Positions 37,203 through 46,874 of a stretch of 64,000 nucleotides of DNA are shown here, one piece after another. The notes under the pieces were generated by a model, which was not told the DNA's origin, made no database searches, and saw nothing but the letters and a program-made list of their open reading frames with translations. A program made the position numbers and the translations under genes. The stretch comes from Fimbriosthenelais zetlandica (lineage: Eukaryota): positions 14,198,001 to 14,262,000 of the forward strand of contig OZ365112.1 of the NCBI GenBank assembly GCA_977030845.1, in the 5' to 3' direction. Within the stretch, counting starts at the first letter, position 1, and each line of letters opens with the position of its first letter.

Positions 37203-37655
37203 GTAAGTGCACATTATATCTCCATAATCTACTATATAGAAATAACTCTTAGTGGCCAGCGTGTCCACCTACCCCAGGCCCTATCGATTGGAACCACTCA
37301 GGTTAGAAAAATGACCCCGATCTGTGACATGAATAAAAGTGCTCTGAAACATTGTGCTATCACCACAGCCAAGTGCCTTGAAAGCCTCTCTGTGTGTGAG
37401 ACAGAGGGCAAGAGAGGGAGTGAGGGGGGAAAGCTATAGTGGCAGCTTACTCTCTCAGTCAGTCTCCCTCTCTTTCGCTAGAACAGATAATAACAGGGAC
37501 ATTATTCAATTTTCAGCGGCTAGATTCAATTTCGAGATGCATTTCCCATTACTGGGTTTTATTGGGAGGCTGGATGGACGTTGGCGTTATTATACCGCTG
37601 GTCACCGCTGGGGGGAGCCTGCCTCGGCCTACTGAGTCATCCCACCACTTTCCTA

Positions 37656-37668
37656 GGTTCAAAGGTCA
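37656..37668 (+). promoter_or_regulatory. Perfect DR1 nuclear-receptor element
   Basis: GGTTCA-A-AGGTCA. Confidence 0.42.
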
Positions 37669-38839
37669 TTTTCTTACCCGGGGGTGGGGGGGAGGGAGGC
37701 AAAAAAGAGAGGTATAAATCGATTGGAATATGATGCTAGCGTTGACATGAGAGGGGCATTTTTCGTAGGATAGGTTTATCACAGAGCGCAAGTATGGACT
37801 GATGGAAAATGGAATGTGGCTATCTAGTAACGGGGTATTGTGATTTAGGGCAGGATGAAGAGTTTTGTGACATGGTGACACTGTAATTTAAGAATTTAAA
37901 CTTTCTATGGGCCTTCATGAAGTGAGGATGTCTCCTTGTATTTCTGTTCCGTTTTTTGAAAGGACTTTAGTCAAATCTTAGAGCTCTATAGTATAAACTG
38001 AAATCCGAATGCTATCAATCTTATCACCCATCCCATAATAAGGAACAGCGAATAATTCATCGAAAAGTTTATAATTGAGAGGGTTTGGTCAGCAATTGAG
38101 GTCTTATTTTGTAACAAGTTGCTCTAAAATCTAGCTGAAGGCAACTCTAAACTAAAAAGAATGGCGTGTTTTAAGTCCTTGAGGGCCGATTTTAATCATC
38201 GATTTCCATGTAATTTTACACAATGTGTCACGGCACGTGTTACGTGCGAAACAACTGACATGCAACCAGCCCTGGCCAAATTCTCACAAGAAATTCTACC
38301 ACTACATCTTTTATTCTTCCCAAAGTAATGAAATCCAATGTTTTAACCCTTTTCATTGGATATTTCTTTGTTTATAATTTGCAGATATTTCGTTCTTCTG
38401 TTATCAGTCTCTTTCTTCATTCTGTACTTATTTTCGCCACCATAGGGAATAGAAATTCTATTGCTGTCCCTTCTTTATGTTTTCTTTTTTTCAAATCTTA
38501 GTTAAGGGCATCTGTTGTTCGTTTACTTTGATGAGTTTTTCTTTGATGACAATAGCAACATGGGTTAGGAAATGAGGGTGGGGTGTGTGGGTGGGAGGGG
38601 GATTTCACTCGGGTGCAATTGGAAACGTTGACTGCCTCGTCTTGCTATGTCTAGTGCTCGCCTGGAGCAGGGAGGGGGACCTTTTTTGTGATGGATATGT
38701 TGTGGGGCCTTGTGGCATCCGTCTCTATCAGAAAGGGCCAGGACAGGGGGTTCTTCCCGGAGGTCCCGCCGTGTTTTCAACTCTGAACCCTCTCCCGGAC
38801 CCGCGTCTTCCATCTCTCCAACTTGTCCGCGGACGACAC

Positions 38840-39435
38840 ACGAAAACCAATTATTTCCCCGCGCGCGCCGTGTAGCGGGAAAAGCGAGCGGACAAGTGCG
38901 TCAAACGGGGAAGACGGATGGCAGGCTCGCATGACAAGTCGGCGATATTAATTGAGTAAAATCGATCACTGCACAGAGGAATAATTAGCAGAATCAGTGG
39001 CGTTGATTTATGCGGGTGTCTTGAACCGCGCAAAATGGCGCCCGTGCTGCCTCCGACTCCTTACGCCCCCTGGGTGAAATTATTCGAACTACAACAGCAG
39101 TACAAACAATACATACAGCTCACTAGTGATCGAAACAAGAACTACAAGAATCTATAGGAAAGGTTTATAAACCGTAACATACGACTTACTGTTTTGAGAT
39201 AAATTTCTTTTAAATTTAATGGGTTTTGTTAAATTTGTGATTGATTTCGCAGTGGGTGGGGCCTGGATTGGACACACCTCTTTTATGGGAGGGACTTGAC
39301 ATGAGGGCCTCACCTTGATCTGACCTGCCCACCTTTACTCCTCCAATGTAATCAGTGGCGATTTGCCTGATGTAAGAGCTGCACCACGCGACCTCCACCT
39401 CTCATTTGCATTGTCTGACGCCCCCTTGTGGCCTG
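38840..39435. promoter_or_regulatory. CpG-rich block with YY1, Pbx/Hox site, two reverse CTCF-like motifs and a DR5-like element
   Basis: TGATTTAT near 39004; CAAAATGGCGCC 39031-39042; minus-strand CACCCAGGGGGCGT 39063-39076 and CCACAAGGGGGCGT 39418-39431; minus-strand AGGTCA-GATCA-AGGTGA 39310-39326. Confidence 0.45.
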
Positions 39436-42400
39436 AAATGGACAAAGGGCGAATGATAACCCGCGACTCATTACGACCTGTCCCTGATTGATACTGTAAT
39501 TTATCACAGGGGAAAGGTATGTTGACTGAAAATAATGAAAGAAAAAAGAAATATGATCTTACCCTACAAAATGACTATTACAATCGACCGGTATAGAAAT
39601 TGACCTCGAATTACTTCAGATAGTGAGGAATTCGTTTAATTCTTTCATTAAATTTCCGAATATTACAGAACTGATGGTTCTTTAACCTTGCTGTCCCAGA
39701 AACATTTTTTGATGTGTACATAAACGAAAAATGTCCAACACAGACAGTCCAGTCCAAGTTTTAGTATTAGTGTAAAAAGCAAGCATTATCTACGTCGTTT
39801 TACAACCTCGTTTATATGCCATTTTAGCCTGTAACCATATGCTACATTACATAGCATGGTGTAACAACATGAAATATCCCACCACCCCTCACGTGCAAAG
39901 AAAGTCTCTCACATAGACCTCTATACAAGGGAATCCCCCTATCATCCTTAATATTTCCTGGGCACGTGAAAAAACGATAAAGGTAGGAGCTGATCCAAGG
40001 ACCAGGTGACTGCATATAGCGCTTCATATATGGACAAGGTCGATGTTGGTCGAGTAATGGGGTGGTTGGGAGGCTACTTAAGACCAATCTCTTGTCTTTC
40101 TGGTGGTGCCAGGAGCATTAAATAACACCTCAAAGGTAGGGCTCTTAATGCCCGGAGGGACGAGATGTAGCATGGAAATGGATTCTGGAGAAGAGGGTTA
40201 GATTGGGGTTGGTGGGAGGGGGTGTGGTATGACAGGCCTGGATATAATTGGATCACTGGGTGATAATGCTTTTATGGATCCTTCTGTTTTTGATCACGAA
40301 TATGGGTCACTCTTTCCCCTGGACTTTGGTGGATGGAAGTAGGGCATGTGCTCTTCAAGGTGACTGACGTTTTATGTCAGAACAATGCTGGCAATATTTG
40401 GTCATTTTAGGGCAATTGCCACTATTACTACAAAAATACTGAAGACATTACTACTTTTTTCTCACCACTGAGTATGGAATGCTGTACCTGTTGTTAAGAC
40501 CAAATATATTTAAAATATTTAAGAATAGTTTTGCCCAAACAAGGGCCTCCATCTATTCATTCTTAGACCACCCTCAGATTCTGTATCTCCGCGTTAACTT
40601 TAGGGGGCGATACCAGACGATTTTCTCATCATGAAGTAGTGACTGAGCTGTTGCCTTGGGAACTGGCAAGGAGAGCTCCATTGAGTCCACGTATTGATTG
40701 CTTCTCGCGTTCCTACCTAACCAGATGAGGGCCTTTAGCCTGGAGAAAGTACAGGTATAAATGATCCTGACCATCACCTGTCCAAACATCTTCATTAGCC
40801 CCGGATGGAGCCAGCAAACCCCTTGTTTTCACCCCCCCTTTAAGTGACTTAAAGGGGGGTTCTATCCATGGAGCGCGCGGCTACTCCAGTGATCCACTGG
40901 AGGAGGTCTTTGATTCCTCCTCCTGACGTGACCTACATACTATTTACTGGAGGACCTCGCCTTTTCCATGTAAGCCTTGATGTGCTATGGTTTGGGGCCT
41001 GGTGGTTTGAGGTATAAATAGAGAGAGGAGGGTGGAAACGTCATGGGATATAAATCATGCATGCCACCCTTTTCAACTTTAACCCTTTTACCTTAGAAAT
41101 GCACGTTTTCCCACTTTGCCCACTATGTCCATTACACTCATAAAGTGGGCCGTAAAATTATAGTTTGATCATAATAGAATATCACCAACGAATATTTGAA
41201 CTTTAAGACATGGCCCACGATATCTTCATTGCCATACATGTCTTTATTATTCTTTCTTTTCTTGGTCCATTCCTTCCCCTAATCCATCAGAATCTAAACC
41301 TACCCGTTTCCTCCTCTCTCCTCTTCCATTCTCTTCTTCCTCTCCATCTTCCTTCTCTCTTCCTTCTCTCTCTTCCACGATGCATTTCTCCTCCTTTATT
41401 CTCTTTGATCCATTCGGCATTGAACCATCACCGGATCTGGAAACAGAATAAGATAATACCAAATTGGGGTCAGCCCTGAAGGTCAAATCATGCATGGCTA
41501 GGACCAGGATCACGGTGACCTTGAGAAGGTCAAACCACGAAGCAAAAACTCATTAACGAGGCCCCATGCCTCCTGGTTCAGGTGTCATATCACAATTCAC
41601 CGATTTGGCACGACAACCGTTTGTGTAAGCCAGCAGATCTGCCACTCCTATCAGGGATTTGGTGTAGTGAGACCTGGAATTGCACGCGAGAAAGCCATCA
41701 GGCTCACACAGCGAAGCCATGCACATGGCTTCCCGCTCGCACAAGCTTTAGAAATGGAGGAGAGAAAATCCAAAAGCTTCGTGAAAAGAATTCAAGGGGG
41801 GCTGAAGTTTTTGGACGCTCGCTGGAGAGTTGCATTGATGCAGAGTGTTGGGGTATAGAGGTGCATGCAGCTCTGCCACACGCATGGAGGGTAGAAAGAG
41901 GGAGAGGCTGGTTGATGGAAGGGGTGGAACAATTCCCAGAATATACACGCACCCCTATTGATTCCATTATAAATGGGGTAAAAGTCCCGAGTGATCTTCT
42001 CCCTCGCTTCGCATGAGACAAATGACCCGGGTTAGGAGCCTGATTTGCAGGCTGTTATAGATTACGGATATAAAACGTTATATGAAATGTTCTTCATTTC
42101 TACCACATTTCTACCGTAAATATACGGCATCTGTTATCGAAAATTTGCACAGTTACATTCAGAATGTGTTGTGTACAACGAAATGTTCCATTATCAGCAT
42201 TTGTTATTGCCGGCAATATATTTTTTGACTTCCCCCTTGATGTTGAGTCCCATGTGTCTTAAGTGTACCCAGACCCAACTTTAGCTTCATACAATCAGCT
42301 GTAGATATCTCTGTGGTGCAGCAATGTAACAGGTATGTTTTTACAAACCTTGTTTTTTCTGGGGACATGTCCATATATAAAGTAAGAAAGAGTCCCTATG

Positions 42401-45400
42401 TGGTGGCTTGTTGTGGGCCCGTCCACGCCACCACACACTCCCATATGTGTGCCAGCAGAGATAAGATCTAGTCCGAGGCCCACTTCTCTTTGATAAGGCC
42501 CATCTCTGAAGCGCCCTCGGTTATACAAAAACTACCCAGTGAGAGACGGGTCATATTGGCGTTCTGTCACACAGGCTCTGCTCCATTTTGATTGCCTTAT
42601 CTCCCCAAGAGAGGGAGAGAAAAGATAAAAAGAGATGATTTTAGAAAATGGGGGGAAAGGATGGTTGAATGTGGAAAAAGTGTGGACAAGAAAAATTATA
42701 GAAAACCTTGCTTCATTTGCAAATTCACCCACATAAAAATTCTGTTGTAGCTTATGTCTGTGACAGCTTAAAAATGGCGCTGTCGTTGGGAATGAAATCC
42801 AAATAAAACAAACGGAATGAGGGGCGAAAAGCAAATCAGATCTTAATGAAATTCACCATTAAGATAAAGATTAAAACGTGTCTGGCAAGCTCGGTTCTGA
42901 CACTGTCTTAATGCTTGTCATAATGCTGGCAAAAATCTGCGGATTGTTGATAATGGACGATAATGGGTGTACTCCCCAATCAAAAACACATTAAGAGGTG
43001 AGATGAGAGAGCGAGGTGGAGAGGTAGAGGCAGGATGTGAAATACAGCCCCTCACACCGTTTTCCCCTTTCAACATCAACTTTTACACCCACTATCAATG
43101 TTGCATGTGTGCATTTTACCAAGGTGTGAGATTCGGTGTCATAAATTTGGCCCGAAGCTGAGACAAAATGTCCCCAGCTTACACGTTAGGAGGTGTCAGA
43201 ATGTTGTCGTGGATTATTAATGATTCTGGTGGTGTTGATGGGGGAGTTTGATTGGTGTGGGGTGGGGGGTATTCTCCCCTCACCATGGCATGCAATCCCA
43301 CCTAGAACAGCACAAAAAATACAAATATTAAAACGCTACCAATTCACCAACTGACAGGCGCTAATTTGTCTTGGGATTATTCCATAAGTTCCCAACGGAC
43401 AATTCATAGAAATTATGTAATAAATTTAGCATTTTTATCGGGGACAATCGGTTTTATTTCAAACTCGCGAAATAATATTTCGCTAAATTTGATAGGGGAT
43501 GTAATAAATGGCGCTTGCTGCGTTTCCAGGCGTATAGCGTTCAGAGAGGGTGGGATGCCGGACTTGGAGAGGGCGAATAAAATTTCGCCACGGGATGCGA
43601 GTGAAAGTGGCGGCGAAGAGAGTAGGGGGTGCTAATGCAATGTATTGTAGGCCCCGGACTCCCCACTGCTTGTGGTAGGGCGGAGAAAATAGCCGAGTTT
43701 TATAAAATATAGATCAATCCGCGCGACACTGATTGTTATGGATGAGCGTATGAATCTGCCGAGGTAGCGCGCACTGAGGAATTGCATCTAAAAGCAAAAC
43801 GAAATAGTGCGCTGCATGGCGGAGTGGTGGAGTTTGGCCAAGAGGCTGAAAAGGGTGAGGAGAAGTGAAGACGGATAGCATGCGTGTTTCTTATTATTCT
43901 GGCATACACTCTCTTTCTAGCCTGTGATTTGGGATGATGAAAGCATGAGGGAGTGATGTGTGTGGGATAGGGGGAATGCGATACACTGCTGAGGGAGGGG
44001 GTGGGGGTAGTGGAGAAAGCATGAACCTATATATTCAATGTATAAAACCAACAGACGGAGATAGAAATCCTAGAGATAGTATAGAGACTGAGGACAATGA
44101 CAGTGGACAGTTGATGCCACGAACGAAATGACAGAATGGGGACAGGACTAGGGGGATAGGAAATGGAGAAAAGCTGGGAGAAAGGGTCAGAAGGAGAAGG
44201 AGCTAATCAGGAATGCATGTAGATTTGGGGAGAGAGGGTGGTAATAATACCGGGCACCTCATAGAATTGCTTGCCAATTTCCTTGACTGATTTTCTCTGG
44301 GCGTGTAACATAGAGGTCGATAGGGTTAGGCCGAGGAGGGAGCTTATTAAGCGCTCTCGCAATATTAGGGATCCGTTCAATAAGCCTAGCTCTCTACTCC
44401 TCCCCCGGTATTGCTTTTCCCCCTGGCTTCAATGGGCATGGAATACAACATGGCCTAAACAGTTTCAGGCGCTAAATAGCCTCCTTACTGACCTTTCCAT
44501 TGTATTTTAGTACAGTTTCCCTGGACTTTTTGAAAATTTGAATTACATTTTTAAAATCTTGTACTTAAAATCGCGGGAAGAAATGGTGATAACCTATCAG
44601 GTTTTACTGGCTTAAGATTATCTTGGTTGCCTTTGACATGTTCAGGTGTAAGATGATAGGATATAAGATGAACTTGGAAGTGTTACAAAGTGTGTTATCT
44701 CCCTTACAACCGTTCAATCATAAACTTTTCAAAAACATTTATCAAATAAAAGCATGTTGAGTTTTCAATCAGATATTACTAAAATCAATCAATCTGCTTG
44801 CCTATTTATAAAAATTTCGATGATTTTCTATCTATGATTATCTGAGAAATTAAAACTTATGAAAACTACTCCATTTTCTTATTTATCTTCGGATTGTGAC
44901 AGAAATTGTAGATCCCCCGCTCCTTTGAACGTTCCCCCATTGTCATTAACCTGTCAGTCCTCGATTTTTCGTTACATTTTCGCTTCCAACAGTGATGTTG
45001 AGGGTGGGTAAAATTATGGTTAATACTTCTTCGGCGTCCCGAAATATGTAGGCCGCGCTTTGGTTGGTGATGGGTCGCTATAGGCTTTTGCCTTTGACAG
45101 GCGATGACCCACATAGTCAGGGGGCCGTGTCCCACAAATATTCCCTGCTCACTGAAGCATAGAACCAAGCAGCCTGGTGTGAAATGGATAATAAAATGGA
45201 GAATATAGACACCCCCACTCGCCAAGTTACTCACCTCCCGTGTTCTTATTGCACCAACTCACACGCCGTCATTTACCTTACAAAAGAGCACACATAAAGT
45301 TAAAAATTCATCACATAGATTCATATCAGTCTACACTATTCTCTTTCAAATTTATTTGTGGTCCTCGTTGATCTTGTGATTTTGGACTATAGCTACATTT

Positions 45401-46782
45401 GCCTTAGACATCTGGCCGAATTAATGGTTGATGGCCCTTAGATTTATATTAAAATTGACGTTAAATAACATGTAAAAAATGGCAAGTCTATAATGAAGTA
45501 CATACTGAATAGGGTACAAACATCCCCAAGTACATATTCCACGCTGTACAAGTCTCCAATAGGGACCTATAAACACTACATAATAATTATACAAACAATT
45601 TTTCATATTTGTAGCAGCAAGGCAAACAAATCATGCGTCTGCTTTGGAGGGATCACTTATGTACTAGCTTTAGGCTCACCCCCTGATTTGCCCAGCTCTT
45701 ATCCCGTCCTATTTAATACCTCCATGGAAGCCATGTAGGCTTCCCAGGCTCCTCTCCCTAGCCTACTCCGACCCGTCCTATAAGCCCCATAGGCCTTCCT
45801 CTAGGCGCTATAAATTATACTACCCGATTCCTTCCACCCCCATGGCTTCCCCGACCCAGTTTTCACGGGCTAGCTGGGGCTACGAACTGGAAGGGGGTGT
45901 CTGCCTCTCTGAAGACCCTCTCTAACGTCTTGAAACCATTTCCCTGGTAACATACACCCTCCCTGAGACTATTTTGGTGTGAAACTTTGAAGGCGCGAGT
46001 TAATATATGCAAGATTCCGTTTAGTACATTTTAAATACCTCAGTACTCTCTTACGCGCGTGTTTTGCTGAGGTGTATTCAAATCGATGGAAACGAAGAAG
46101 CAGAAGATACTTGAATGACAACCAGCTGTGTCCCCACTCTTTTTTGTAATAGAGACGACCTTTCTTGACACATTTATGCTTCGAATGTGCTATCTACCTT
46201 TTCCTGAAAAAAAGGGAAAAAGAAATAGGTTTCTACAAACGATAGCACAGCCTTGATGCGCCTCTCTTTATAGTGATTCCTATACACTTTCTGTCCTATT
46301 TGGACATTTTGTCAATAAAAGCAATGCTTTGATCCCATAGTGACGTATCTCACTATCTAACTCGTATTTACTAACATGTCAATCCCTCACGCTACTTGAG
46401 ATATATTCTCAAGTGCCGCGTGACATGTTAGTAAATAAATCAAAGACATCTCTGTCATGTCCAAATGAGACATCAAAATCAAATGTGTGCAATTACTCGC
46501 CGATTTCTATCTGTTCTCATAACATATTTCACAAATACTAATTTTGAATTTTATATCATTTGTATATAATTGCGGCAATTTCCTTACCCCCATCGATGAA
46601 ATATGAGTTTCCAATTTCCCATAAAATTGAATCATAATATTCCACTTTACCCAGTTTTAGTGATGAGAATAACCAAAATACCATTTGGTTTTCGGAATGA
46701 CTTTATGATTAATTTTTGCCAGGTAAATGTTCATCTGCTTAAAAAATCCACTATTGAGTCAATGTCTTATTTTCTGTTGCAG

Positions 46783-46874
46783 GAGAATTACCAAATAACT
46801 TTTGGGACGTTGAGGAGAAAATGAGAGGAATGCCGCTGACACTGTTGAGTCCGATTAGAGTGTATGAGAGTCAG
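46783..46874 (+). other. Candidate non-coding (or uORF-bearing) exon, 92 nt
   Basis: Acceptor TCTTATTTTCTGTTGCAG|G and donor CAG|GTAAGG. The exon body is purine-rich. Confidence 0.42.

Noticed and set aside
39364-39381. TGCCTGATGTAAGAGCTG, resembling my recollection of miR-745
   Set aside because: The seed region does not match, no hairpin is evident, and that family is not Hox-linked.
45960-45982. TCCCTGAGAC, matching the first 10 nt of miR-125/lin-4
   Set aside because: The match stops after 10 nt and there is no complementary arm on either side.
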